NCBI GenBank assembly: GCA_964304625.1
Contig: OZ199838.1
Span: 1,715,927-1,779,926, forward strand
Length of the DNA: 64,000 nt
Direction: 5' to 3'
DNA from: Kudoa neothunni
Taxonomy: Eukaryota; Animalia; Cnidaria
Position numbers and translations under genes: made by a program. This document shows, one piece after another, positions 41,745 to 55,893 of this stretch (positions within the stretch are counted from its first letter, which is position 1; each line of letters begins with the position of its first letter). The notes beneath the pieces were generated by a model. The model saw nothing but the letters and a program-made list of their open reading frames with translations. It made no database searches and was not told the origin of the DNA.

Positions 41745-44700
41745 ATGAAAGATATCTCTAATGCACTTACTAGTCAAGTATCAAAATTTCACAATTTATT
41801 AATTTTGTGGGGTGTGGTTGAGTTAGAATGTTATAAATTGGTTAGGGTAAATCGTATGACACGTCGAAAAGTAGTGGGACATTGTCCTCAATGTCTACAT
41901 CATTTAACGTGAATTCTTCTCGTCGAAAATCCTCAGGTATGTGTTTGAATCTTTTCTGTGGATTCGGACTATATGATGGACTTACCCAATTAGGTTATAG
42001 CAAGATCAGCGCAAATGTTACACCAAGTAGTCAATCCGAAAAAAATATCACCATCCAATCACGTTCTGGAAACATTGATGCGCCAAATGATAACTATCGC
42101 CGTCAGCAACAATCATCCGGATACAAAAAGAACACATGCAACGATGACAACAGTGTATACAATTTGACTTTTTGTTGGTTGTCTGTCTCGCTAGGACTAA
42201 TATCAATCTGTCGCGTTTAGTTTTGGAAAACAAGATCATCGATAACTGATGATAACAATGATTGGGGCTCATCGCCGTTGACTTTGAAAACCCCATTTCA
42301 ATTCAAATCCACACAACAACAACAGCTGCAGCCGCAGCAGCAGCAGCAAAATCGAAGCTATGATATGCAACAACAACGTCGTCTTCATTCAACATCGTCG
42401 CTTAATCAACGACCATTCACCTCGAAAGATCACAGTTTCTCAAACAACCGTGCATACAGCAAAAAGTCAGCTTCTAGCGATAATTGGTTTTCAGTTGCTG
42501 AACGTTCTTCCGAGTATGAAAGTCAAATCTTTCAAGAAGGCACCATGAAAAGTGGAATCAACTTTGACAAATATGATGATATCCCCGCTACTGTTGAGGG
42601 TAAAAAGGTCGATATCAAACCGCAGTTGGACATCCAAGATGTGAACATGTCCAAGGTTTTCTGTGAGAATTTGGAGATTGCAGGCTACACCAAATTGACA
42701 CCTATTCAGAAATATGCATTTCCATGTCTCACTGAAAAACATGATATATTGGGATGTGCTCAAACTGGTTAGTCTTAATTTGTTGTTTTCGTGTTTGTTG
42801 GGTTATGTGGCTGACCGATTCTAACTTATTTCTTCTGATTTAGGGTCTGGTAAAACTGTAGCGTTTGTTCTACCGATTCTTGATGCCATTTACAAGGAAG
42901 GTTATTATTCTCCGAAATCACCCTATTCTCCTAGAGTGGCAGTGTGTATGCCTAAGGCTTTGATACTCGCGCCAACTCGTGAATTGGCCAATCAAATTCA
43001 TGAAGTTGCCGTCAAAGTATAACAATCAGCCAGCCGACTATTTTATCTACTGATACATTTCGATTTAGTTCTCATATCGAACTATGATAAAACCAGCCGT
43101 GGTTTATGGCGGTGTACCCATCAAATCACAATACATGGGATTGTATCAAAGCGGTCACATGCTTGTGGGAACCCCCGGTAGAGTGTTTGATATGTATCGA
43201 CGTGGTTATCTCTCTTTTGAGAATTGCAAGTATTTCACTTTAGCTCACAATTACATTAGGATAAGTCGGCTTAATTTTATTTACACACGATTGGGGTTAA
43301 ATCGGACGTATTCGTTGGATTTCTATTTCGCTTTGAAATTTCATACTCATTATGCAGTAAAGCTGAACTTGAGCTTTCCTATTTGTTCACGCATGTTGCC
43401 TTCCTGTTGTGCATACTTTTCAAATTCATTTATTACTCCTTTTCGCGTGAGATAATTGATTTTTAAAAATGGACTTGTTACGAGTTGTTGTACCGCTGAG
43501 TTTACATTCTCTACGATAGTGATTAAATGATTGGCGGGGGCTATTTTCGTGGTAAATTATAATCCTAATCTAGGCGTGTACGTCGGCACAATGAGTTTTT
43601 TAATCCCAGCTACTCTTATTTGTTGAAGTGTATGCAGATTTTATTTTTTTGAATCCGATATATTTAATTATCTCCAACCTCTATGAATGAAGCGGTGTGA
43701 CCGGAATATTTATAGTCATAATTAATAACACTTGAATATTAGTTACTATGAAAATAGCCATTTTCTAAATGATTGGTTTCTATCAGAACTCTGGTTCGGA
43801 ATAATATTTCGGGCTGGGAGATAGTTTCATAATTTTTCTCTGTATTATTTACGTTGCATATTTTGTGTAAATTTTTCTTGAGTACAAACCTTATATTGGA
43901 TTTTTGTATTATTGATTAATTGAAAATAAATCTATTCGCATAGTTAACCATTTAACGGACTTTGGGGTCTGTGGAGCGGAGCCCCAGGGTTTTTTGGCTT
44001 AATCTAATTAAAAAATTCGGTCGACAAAATATGTAGAATATCACATGTTACCGAGTAAATTAATCCGATCTGATACTACTTTACAGCCACGCGCAATGAA
44101 TCTAAATTAGCACACATGGAAGAATATGAACCCAATATATTCAAGAATGGGATATTCAGACAAATAGGTTTTTAATATCAATAGTTTTTAAAATTATTGA
44201 ATAACAACCACAAGTGACGAAATAGCCCGAAAACCCCTATAAGATAAGCAATTGGACCAGGACTACAATCCATGGTATTCAATACTGAATTCCTTGAAGA
44301 TGGTGGCTTAGTTATAAAATTATTCCGCTTTTGTTGTTTATATAATTCGTTGAAAACTGGGTCCCTGGCTTGTCTTTCGAACATTTGAATGCTTCAAATA
44401 GGGTTTCATCAAAATCGCCACTGAAAGATTGGAATTTGTCACTATAATAACCATAACGACTTTTCTTTATTATTGATTACAGCAATAAATAATAAAAAGG
44501 GCAAATATAGTAAATGGAGCACTTTATAATTCTTCCAAAATTTAATTTCCCGGATCATAATTTTATTACTATAAAATATACAGAGAATATTTTTAAATTA
44601 ACTACTTATTCTGGTTTATAAGCAAATAACAGCAGCATTGCAATGCAGGTGTAACGACAGATTACGGAGCTTCGGACGAATCTTCTCGTACCGGATTATC

Positions 44701-47700
44701 AAGGATTAGTTTGAACAGCGATCAACGATTTTCTTGATATTGCGTTGGTAGAATTGCTTAATATTTCAACAGTCGAATTTCCACAATTTTTCAATTAGAC
44801 CAAACCAAAAAATATATCAATATATACTTTACATAAATATAGAAGAATAGTCAGGATTACAGACTTGAACGTATATTAGAAAAAATTTTCTGGGCAATAT
44901 AATGTGGTTCTGGAGTCCCACTAACCCCAAGTCCGTTACGTTAGAGGGTTTAAGTGTCGGCTATTTTTCTACTTAATCCGATTAAGTTCATTTGACTGTA
45001 TGGTTTATACTGTGGGTCATCGATTTTACACACTTTTTTGTGCGTGCGCGTAATAATAATAATAATCCCTTTCTTGGAATTTAAAAGAAAAATTGGCGTC
45101 CATTTTATTGAAATAATACAAATGAATAGAAATATTACAATGGGCGAAGAGCTAAATGATATTTAGTTTCAATTTTTGAAAAAGTCAATCATTTCGGTTC
45201 ATGCCATATTTTGACCTGCTATGACATGTACCCCTCAATTTCCGATCCTAACGATAATCGAAATCGATCTAAACTTTTTTAAATTGACGAAAAGATATAA
45301 TTATTTTTTCGGGGTATTTTATTATTTTCTACTTTACTTCTTATGTTTTTACCGTCGCTTGTGCTTATCGCTAAATTTCTAATATTTCTGTGAATAATTC
45401 GATATTGATAAACAGAGTGTCCAGAAAAAATGTGCAAAATCGATGACCGATTGTAATTACTTATAAGTGTCTGTAATGTCAAGGAATGTGTAAATCAAAA
45501 AACCAATTAATAATTTAAATTATATTAATCAATTGTATTAATAAATTAAAGAAGATAATATTTTCGTTTTAATTTGTCCTTTGAATCTATATGAATTATA
45601 TAGATTCGTAATGCATGATTATGTGGCAATTATCTATTATCTATTGTATTCAATTTCCTTTCTTTATTGAAATTTTTAATTATAATTTGTCATTTATTAT
45701 ATTAACGTTAAGTTAATTAATTAGTTATTCAACCAATCAATTATTAGTTAATTAATTAATGACTGCAGGTGATTCGGACAATTAAGTTAAGATTGTCCTT
45801 TCTTTTCTCAAGGGATCATTTAATTTTAATCCCAATACAACTGTTTATAGATGATTTACACAGCTTTCATAGGATACGCTATATTTAATTAATTAATTAA
45901 TTAATTATTTATTTATTTATTACTTTTCACTAGATCAACAGAGCCTAAAACAAATATAATCACAACTAGATGTGAGTACATTTTGTTGGCGAGAATAGCC
46001 ACTTTATATCGAAACTGCGCGCGCACGGTAACATCATCTTTATTTATTTGTGGGGTTCAAATTTATGTAGGCGGTCGTTTTTCATTGCATGATTTCATTA
46101 TGTATCTTGCACACTTGCCATACCTATACGATGCATTCCTTGTATTATCTTATTTGTACTCTCTTATGATGATGCGCTGAGAATATATTAGGCAATAATA
46201 TAATAAATTAAGTGGGTATAAGAAATAAGAAAAATAATGCGATAAAACCGGGGTTAAATTGAGTTTCAATTCATTACAATATTTCGACATCAACATGCAA
46301 TCGGCGCGCGCATCAGAGTAAATGTCTAGTATCTATCCTACCTAAGTGAGATTACAAATTTCAATTATTTATCGAATGTTATTCTTTGATATAAGAATAC
46401 CAAAGCAACTATTATATAATTTCATCATGTTCAATTATGTGCTTGCGATCTCCTATATGCAGTAGAGTTTATTAAAAACCATTATCCAGAAGTTTGATAA
46501 CTAAAAAGGACATTCGTATCATCCCTTTGATAAATTATTAAATTTATATTAAGGTGGATAATAGACACAAACAAATAATTTAATTATTGGGTTTTGTATT
46601 AATAAATCTTTAAATGAAACTGAAATCACATTAAAAACATGAAATAAACGGACTTAAATGTTTATAATTACAAAACCTCGGATGGGATGTTAGGTAAATT
46701 TGTGATTGTATACTGACGCATGCACAATTATACAGTATTTCGTGTTTAAATACTGTATAATTTGCAAATGGATTACTTCATTGCGGGTTATTTAGAGTAA
46801 TTGATTTGAATTTTGATTGGAATATTTAATAAGCATATATTATTGAATATTTAAATTGTTGCTACTCATTTTTTCGAATAATTAACTAATTTTCATGGAT
46901 TTCTCCATTTGATTCGCATTCCTAATTGAGATTATAATATTAAATGTCTATTAACCTTTAAAGATTGGTACTTTTCTTGTATTATTCATTAGTCGTATTA
47001 AAATATCTCAATGACACTCGAATATCTCTCAAAAACAATAACTACAGCAAGTCATCTGTAATTATCAATACATGCAACACATAAGTTATATCATATAACT
47101 TGAGTTAAGTTGGAAGTATACTTTATGCTTAGTGAGATTTTAAAATTATAGTCGCGCATACGTATAAACATTTTAAATTAAAATTTCACGGGCATCCACC
47201 AACAACCATTGTAAAAAGCGTTAGTCTTTAAAAAGTGTAGAATATCTGAAATAATTATTTTTATAACTGAGCACTAATATTAATTTAGGGCGTTTTATAA
47301 TGACCGGCAAAATTAATTCAAATAATACAATTTAGTTATATAATTTATTATTGAGGGTTGTTAAGTCAATCGACATCACACGACTTATTCTTATAACTTA
47401 ATTTAAAATCAGATGCCAATGTGTGTGTCATATCTAAACGTATCTTTAGATATTTGGTGTTGGATGAAGCTGATCGTATGCTTGATATGGGTTTCGAACC
47501 ACAGATCAACGAAATACTCACCTCAACAAATATGCCCAAAAAAGCTGAACGTCTCAACTGTATGTTCAGTGCCACCTTTGATAAAAGTGTTATGCGTCTT
47601 GTGGACAACTACATGAACAATCCATATGTGATGATAACTATTGGAAAGATAGGTGCCACCACCGATAATATAACGCAGACTATTATGGAGGTTTCTCCTC

Positions 47701-48338
47701 ACGACAAGTTCCCCAAATTGATTGAACAACTAAAAACCGATGATAAAGTGTTGGTTTTCACTGAAACCAAATTTGAAGCCGATCGGGTCGAAATGAGTCT
47801 CTACGAATCCAGATACAATGTGGTAGGTATCCATGGTGATCGTGACCAACAGGAAAGAGATATGGCACTGGCCCTGTTCAAATCTGGAAAAGCTAATATT
47901 ATGGTGGCAACGGGTGTAGCCTCTAGAGGACTCGATATTCCTGATGTGAAAAAAGTGATCCTTTACGATTGTCCCAAAAATATCGACGATTACATTCATC
48001 GTATTGGAAGAACTGGGCGCGCTGGAAACGTAGGTGAAGCAATCACTTTCTATTCCTCATTTGAAACCACCATTGGTCGTGAACTTGTGGATCTTCTTCA
48101 ACAAGCCAAGCAAGAAGTTCCCGAATTCCTCAAAGCTGACACCAGATATGGTGGCAACCAACGAGGATCGGGTGGTTCCAACTACTCTAGAAACAATTCT
48201 GGGGGCTATCGTCGAGGTGGCGGAGGAGGCAACTTTAGACAAGGGGGCTTCAACTCCAAACGAAACAATCGAGGCGGTGGCTACAACAATGATTTTTCGT
48301 TCAATAACAGTGGTGGTGTCGACAGAGATCGTTGGTGA
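41745..48338 (+). CDS. DDX3: DEAD-box RNA helicase DDX3/PL10/Belle type; 6 introns, including one of 4220 nt
   Basis: MKDISNALTSQ| (alternative in-frame ATG at 41709) ... GINFDKYDDIP, TPIQ, AQTGSGKT, PTRELA, TPGR, CK|YLVLDEADRMLDMGFEPQI, SAT, HGDR, RGLD, HRIGRTGR, then an RGG tail ending in W. FSYR and GATTDNITQ favour DDX3 over Vasa. Large intron 43230-47449. Confidence 0.92.
43948..44949. mobile_element. piggyBac-type MITE inside the large DDX3 intron
   Basis: TTAA|ccatttaacggactttggggtctgtgg ... ccactaaccccaagtccgttacgttagaggg(t)TTAA inverted termini. Confidence 0.7.
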
Positions 48339-49881
48339 ATTTTTACACCTGATACCACCAACGACTTCTGCCGCTTACGTCACTATATATTGGGCGTTGT
48401 GAATATCACGTATTATAATCTCTTGTTATTTTTGTTTTAGTTGTGTGGTGGTATGTTAGGAAATTGTTTTTTTTTGTTATCGCTGCGCGTGCTCAATTTT
48501 TTTCTTTTAATTGATTGTGAGAGTTTTTATGATGATAATAATGATGTGAAGTGAGTAGAGAAGTAGTCGAATAAGGTAGGAAACTCGCCAAAATCTGCGA
48601 GTTCAGTAATCTCATTCGGTTGAATTCGTAAAGTGTGATTTAAATGTTGCTTAATACCAAGTTTGGAGCTAAAATCATGGTAGTTTTCATGGTTGAGAAA
48701 ATCAACTCAACTTTTTAGTTAGGCTGTAATGTTCATGTTTGCGCCTGCGTACTTTTATTTCTCCGCGATGAACCCAGATAAGTTGGAAAAGGTTTCGCGT
48801 GATTTGTGGGTATTTCTCCAAAATCTTATTCAAGTTTTAATTTTTATCTAAGAGAGAAACCTACCTAAGAACTAAACCAATGAAGGAAGCATTTATTAAG
48901 GTATTTATAATTCATTTTTGCTAGTTTGTTGAACGTTGTTTATAGAGAAATCATGAGAAATCGTTGCGGAATGATGATGAATAATTTTCTACGCTTTAGA
49001 TTTTAACTGAAATTTCTTTTCAATTTTTGTACATAATAGTTCGATATTTGAATGAATTATAGATTTATTTTTACGGAATTTAATTAGGATGTTTCTAGAT
49101 TGAAATTCGTCATACGCTTATTTTAAAAAATACACGGAGCCTTGTCTAAATAATCAGATATTTAGATTTGAGCTAAACCAGAATTTTAATTTTTCGAAAC
49201 TTACACAAATAACATATGCTGAATTTTTTTAAATATGATTTTAATTTTTAACAAGATTCTTTCTCGATATGTACAAAATTTAGTTTATGGGTGCTTGTTT
49301 TGATTAAAGAGCATAGACAGAGGAGACTCATCCATGACATAATTACATTTAAATTAATAAAAAGGAACCAACAAATATAACTAGAAATTCTCTACTATGA
49401 AAAATTAAAAGCCATCAATATAACTTTGTGATTAGAATTAACAATTTCGCTCTTGAAGACAAAATGCTTACTTACCTTAGGATGTCTTAAATTTTCGTAT
49501 TGTGCATGTTGCATGGTAAATTTAATCCCAAACTGCCATTCGTTGTGGATGCGCATCGGCAATTTTTAATCTCAGAAACTCTTACTTACAAGCTGTATAC
49601 AGATTTAATTTTTTAAAACCTACTATATTTAATTATATCTGATCCATTCCTTTTCTCTTAGGAGCAAGAAATATATATAGTCAAAACTAATGGCACATGA
49701 ACACACTTTTTACCAAAAAATATGCAGTCTCTTTTTTATAAAAGTTAATATAAACAAAATTTACATAATTATAGGAGATTACATGAACTTATAAGCTAGA
49801 ATTTAGAGTTTTTCTAGGTAGAAACGCAGATTTAAGAAAAATAAGGTCTCAAAAGACCCCGCATGGTTCCGGGAAGGCTAA

Positions 49882-51025
49882 CCTTTTCATGCCTTAATTT
49901 TTTTCTATCGATGAAAAAAATATATAAATTTAAATAAGTAATTTTAATTTAAAAATTATATTTATTTTCTTAAAATATTTTTTAATATTTAGTAAAAATG
50001 GGTATAACTATTGTTCCATATACGAACATCCGGTATTAGCGGACCGGAATTTTGGCGCACGGTAGAAATCAAAAGAAATGGTATAAAGCACAAAAAATAA
50101 TTTTTAAATATAAACTAGTAATTATGATAAATGTAGAAAAAATTCCTACCGTTCACAAGCCAGCATAAAGCATTACATTTCAAAAATACTACTACCACTA
50201 CTTGGGGGTTTCTTCTGAAAATTTAACATTTTCTTGGATATGAAGTTACTTCAGGCATGAGACTTATATTATCAAATATTACTTGATCGGGTAAGGTAAT
50301 ATATTTTTTTCGTGGTAATTTTATATTTTCGTCGGTATCATTTGGAGTGGGATCAATATTTGGGCGGCATCGTTTACGAGTTTGTATGGATATTGATTTT
50401 TATATAACAGTGACTCACAAATTAAGTATGTAAAGGAAAGCAGATAAAGAAATTCGGTCATTGTGGTATTGCGTATCAACTTGATTCAGCCATCAATTCA
50501 AATAGTTTACTATCGAACAATCTATTAAAATAATCGATGGGATAAGTTAACCCGTTTAAATTTTTAAAAATGTCGTTATCGTTGGATAACTACTGTGGCG
50601 AACCTACGTTGTTCAAAGCCTTTTTCCAGTTGGTTTCGGAATTAATTTCAGAATTAATTCAGTGCCAGAAACATCTGATGACACGCATCCTTTTCCTTCC
50701 ATATTCGATGATATAATCACTGGTCTGATTCGTTTATAAATCTATTAATTTAATGAAATGAACTATTTACACTATTCCAAATTTTTATTTTTGATAAATC
50801 ATGTAAACCCTAGATGGTATGATCAAATCTTTTTGAATGCTACAGTGGTATGGTGGATCCAACTTTAAATACCTAGTTTAACGAATATAATGATTTTTGA
50901 TAATTGAAAAGTCTATTAATATAAATAACTACTATAATAAATTATAATTATATTCATTACATTAAGAAGTTTCAGATTTGAAGACAATTTGCTGCCCCCT
51001 ATACCAGACTTACGGCACAAAAGGG
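49882..51025 (-). mobile_element. Internally deleted piggyBac element with CTAA target duplication
   Basis: CTAA|ccttttcatgcc ... ggcacaaaaggg|CTAA. Minus-strand remnant FDNISLMPE...PRKC...CNALCWLVNGRNFFYIYH resembles the piggyBac C-terminal Cys-rich domain. Confidence 0.7.
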
Positions 51026-52044
51026 CTAAAAATAATTTTGTTCTTGTGATTTTTCATATGTGCGATATTTTTTAATTATTAGACCACGGATCAACATTCA
51101 CACCTATGGATTCTTCCCCTAATCGTTGATTTCTCAGATTATGCCTTTTTATATTTATAGTCATCCTTTGGTACCAACAAAATTATTAGTATTTACGAAG
51201 CATAACACTTCTTAAACTATTTCCATAATTATGTCACGAAACGATTTATTTTTCTTTGATAAACTTTATTGAAATTATGGTTAAGCTATATAATGAAAAC
51301 TTCTTACTTTGTTAATATTTTTATTAAGATAACAATAATAATATACTTAATATAAAACGTTAAATTGTAAATATTAAAGTCCGTACAAGTGGGCGATATC
51401 GGTAAATTTGGGCCACTTTTGGTCGATATTTTTCCTTAAATATACTCATCATACATTATTTTATTTGCATGATAAATTCTTCACGATTAGACCTCAATTC
51501 CTATAGTTATTGTACAAAATGTGCATTACCTGAATGCAAAATAAGTGTAACCAAGTGTATTAAGAAAAAAAACCCTTTTAATCGTGAGGAAACGAAGATT
51601 GGCTTTGTTCCATTTTTAAAAAATCTTAAATGAATTATTTGAAATTAATCCTCATTATTATAATATACATTTGGGTTCAAGGACGTATGTATTCTTTAGT
51701 TTGTGGGCTGTTTTATCTTTGTAATATTACATTTTCCTATAAATATCCACTAGTATATTTTACTAATATACTAATCCATACAATAATGATAATAAATAAT
51801 TCTGTTATTCTATTTGCAATTTATTGTTAAAGAATAAATTTCTGCTGAATTTATAATTTTTACCTAATAACATATAATTTCACTTAAATGGGCTTCAACC
51901 GAAAAATAATATAAAAGAAACTAAATTTTAATGTATTATAGATATACTAATATCGAAGAAAATATTTATTTTAGCGCGGTTTTCGCTGGACAAGGCAGCA
52001 TTGAATAGGCAGAGAGTCAGTCACCCTAATCATTTAATTGTTTA

Positions 52045-53177
52045 TCACTCATCAAATTCTATATTAAATAAAGTAAGAATGGAAATAAGAGTTTAAATGT
52101 ATTTAAATTGAGTTACCTTTTTGATTATGGTACAATATATCAAATAAAATTTGGTCATATTTTTTAATACCATGAACAAAATAGAATGGAAATTCCTCTA
52201 GAACTAATTCCAGGCTTTCATACAAATCATAATTTGTGATTGAATAGAAACCGTAGTCGTCGTTGTTTCCCATGTTTGTATCGCAATACTGTAATAGGTA
52301 ACCAATGTTGGCGTCGCTATTGGCAAAATTTTGATATGTTTTCGATGATGAGAGTAGGCAATCCAATTTGGTTGTTTTAATAAAATATCCTCCTCCAGAA
52401 CAATATGGTGGGAAAATTTTTTTTAAAAAGGGGTGAGGTGGTTCATAATTTTTGTGTTCTTTTTTTCTAATAACTTCAGAGTCATCGTACCTGAATTAAA
52501 AAAAGTGATTAAGTGATGAAGCGGCAATCCAAATGTGGATGTGAAATTTACAATACTCCTTCATACTCCACATCGGAGTTGACCATTGTTTTCAAATGTT
52601 TCAGATATCTTTTCATAGTAACGTAGACATCATCGTCTGTTTTGACAACAAATTTCAATGAAGCACTATTTAATTTATTTATCTTCTCTAGAGATGCTAA
52701 TAATTTTTTCCCCAGATTAGAATATTTTTCAGGAATATCATTGTGTATAATAAGATCTTGAAATAGTTGGTTTTCGTGTTTGGCCTGCTCCAACGTTTCA
52801 TCGTCTTTGTAACCAACTTGAAAATAAACCGCATACGACATTATATTCGATAGTTCTCTTGTTGAATAATGGGACCAGGTTGCACGAATGGCGCATCTTG
52901 ATTCGTAGTCATCTACTTTTGAGTTGACCAGCATTATCATCTCGGGATCCTTTACTATAATTGGGGAGGCATATTCCAAATCGGGGTCCGAAATCATTTT
53001 CATACAGTTACTATATAACTGTTTGGCTTTCCAATAGTTTTCATCCGCTTCGATCTTTTTTAGTAGATCTAGCGTTGGCAAGTTGATGTTTATAATTTTG
53101 CAGTCTGCTTTCATCAACATCCCTACAACTAATAAAATTATTAAGAGAGTTTGTTCAGTTTTTAGCATTTTTGTCAT
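52045..53177 (-). CDS. GT31-family (beta-1,3-galactosyltransferase-like) type II membrane glycosyltransferase, copy 1
   Basis: N-terminal TM segment, then SRCAIRATW, ENQLFQDLI, EKYSNLGKK, KFVVKTDDDVYV, FPPYCSGGGY, SDANIG. Two introns; the last mini-exon is uncertain (alternative stop at 52103 if the intron is retained). Confidence 0.88.
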
Positions 53178-55893
53178 TGTAGTTCTTTGATGAGGGGGAT
53201 AACGTATGAGAATGGAGTTACCGATTTTTCTGATACTTATTAATTTATGTAATAATAGTCATTACTTTCGCCAAAGTTATCGCAATCTTAAGTTGGTAAC
53301 CTTATTTTTGAAACCAAAATAATATTAAACTTAATTTCATCATGCTGTGTTATTCCCCAAAGCATCATATACACATCCCCCTAATTATTCAATCATAGAT
53401 TAATTATATTAATTGAAATATATATATTTACAAGTTATATGGCCTAAATAAATATAAATTTTAGATATTTATTCATAATATTATGATAAATTTTGAATTA
53501 TTTGATAATAAAACTTTTATTTGTTTACAATCCTCAATTCTTCCGAGGGTTAACAAAAAATACGAAACGTCCCATAGGATTAATTAATTAATTATTTCTA
53601 CTAGTTTGTAATAAGCTTATGTATAATTATTGAGATTTTTTAAACGTCATATGTATTATATAATCAAATAAACTTCATACAATCTTTTAATTATTTTATT
53701 TTTTTGATAAAAAATTTATGGTAAAATAATGAGAAAATCTAAAAATTATCAAATATATATTAGTTAATAATAATTTTCAATTATTTCTATTTTATTGTTT
53801 TTAAAGCTTCTCTTCTATATTTTTGTGTGAACACTTTAAAGTTAAATTTTAATTATCACTAATTAAAATTTAAATAAAAACATAGATCATATTTAGTCCT
53901 TCATATTAATTTGAATATTCCTTAAATTATAAGAATTGAAAAAAATAATATTAAACTTAAACTATGTTATTATACTGTAAAATATTATTTGGTAAATCTA
54001 ATTTTTTTATTGTTTGATGATTAATTATTGAATTAATTTAACCTCTATCCAACCACTTTCCTAGGTAATATCGTTAAAAATGATTTGTTATTCAAATGCA
54101 CAAAATTATTAAGTATCCCAATTGGATTTAATCGCAAATTAATTATGCCAAAAAGGTATGAGAAATCATAATTATTACGATACATATAGATTTTTATGAG
54201 ATTAACTCCATTAACGGAAAAAACTGAAAGTTTTGACCCCTTATAATTATTATCTTAAATATAACTGAAAATTTAATTATTAGATAAAAATAAAATCAAT
54301 ATTAAATGTGAAAAATATCGTATTATTTAGGTTGGATAATAATGCAAATGTCGAGTATCATGAGAAGGTAACATAAGGTAATTACTACTCAGGTGACGAC
54401 CGCTTATACAATATTATCACAATAAATTTTTTAAAGGCGTTTCTATGGACATTAAAAAAATAATAAATATTTATTACTTTTATTAATGAAATTTTGTTTA
54501 AAATATATTTTATAAGGTTTGTTATTGGTACAATCAGTCATATTTCTTTGTTGCAGGACAATAGCAAATGATCTGTTAGAAAATAATTAAAATATTACTA
54601 ATTAAATAACTAACCCAATTGAATTTTTGAATTAAAAATAATAAAATTATTTTCAAAAATAAATTAATCCTATGGTAAAATAGCAAATACGTATGTTGAT
54701 TTTTATTTCTGAAATAACCTGGGAATATTATTTTTGTATATTCACTGAAATAATGTGGAGATCATTGAGTTTACCTACTTTTCGTTATATATATTTTTAA
54801 TTTAGTTGAAATTATGACAACTTAGGAAAATATGAGACTCTGATAAATAATAAAATTGAGTATTGGCAATAATTTATTTTATAGCTACACGAGAAATTTG
54901 AAGACTTTTATCCTCTCACCAAGGAATGCTCAATTTCAATAACATTAGTGACAAAAAATTATTTAGATAGAATCTAGTAGTGCAACAATTCATAGTTAAA
55001 TATAATTCCGAATATTCGATCCACATGGAACAAAAATCGATTGGGGAGGATGAGTATTATTATCCCGGTGTGGATTTTAGTCTACACAATTTAGGTTTTC
55101 AAATAACAGAATAAGACATAATACGTCAGGGTGTTAATAATTCTAAAAACTACATAAAAAATTTTTATATTCTGCTTGTAGACGAAATAATACAAAACTT
55201 AATAGCTAAAAAATAAATATGTCAATTTTTAAATTTAAAATTGTTATGATATTTAACACTAATTTAACAAATATCGCGGAAAATCATTCCAGTATGTACC
55301 TTTTTGACGCTGTCTCCCCAGGACAGCAAAATAGCGAAAAGTGTGTAATGTAACATTGGCCGCGAGCTGCATTGCGCCCATATAATATACACCTTTTTAT
55401 CTAGTGACCTAATTGCATAAATTAAGGAAAAAATTATTATTCTTAGTTAAAATTAAAATAATTAGTTATTTACTCGATAAAAATTTATCGAAATAATTTT
55501 AAGTATATGTCTCAGAGGCTACACGAACATAATTGTTCGATGATAATTTTGTCCAAATTGTGCAATTTTTTAAATTCTCAATTACAAATTGATAAATTAA
55601 GGAAGTAAAGAAAATAAACGGTAATTTTTTAACGTTTTAAAATAATTTTGTTTCATTAATTCAAGTTTTTGGAAATATTTTTTTAAAAGGTTATTGGTAT
55701 TTTCATCATTTTTATTTTTGTAATAAAACAGATTATAGAAATTACGATTAATGATGATGTATATTTTTATTTAATAATTAAAACTGATGAATTTATAAAG
55801 AGAGAAGGTTTGCCAACGAATATTGATATTAACTAGAAAAAAAAGGTTTGTAAAAGTTTTTGTTGGACTAATATAAGAAATGGGATGTACATA

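Noticed and set aside
41745-48338. Vasa/DDX4 assignment
   Set aside because: The C-terminal RGG tail, FSYR and GATTDNITQ motifs, and the first-intron position fit DDX3/PL10 better; no CCHC knuckles are present.
48960-49015. C/D-box snoRNA-like ATGATGA...CTGA downstream of DDX3
   Set aside because: The spacing is too short, with no terminal stem or recognisable rRNA guide.
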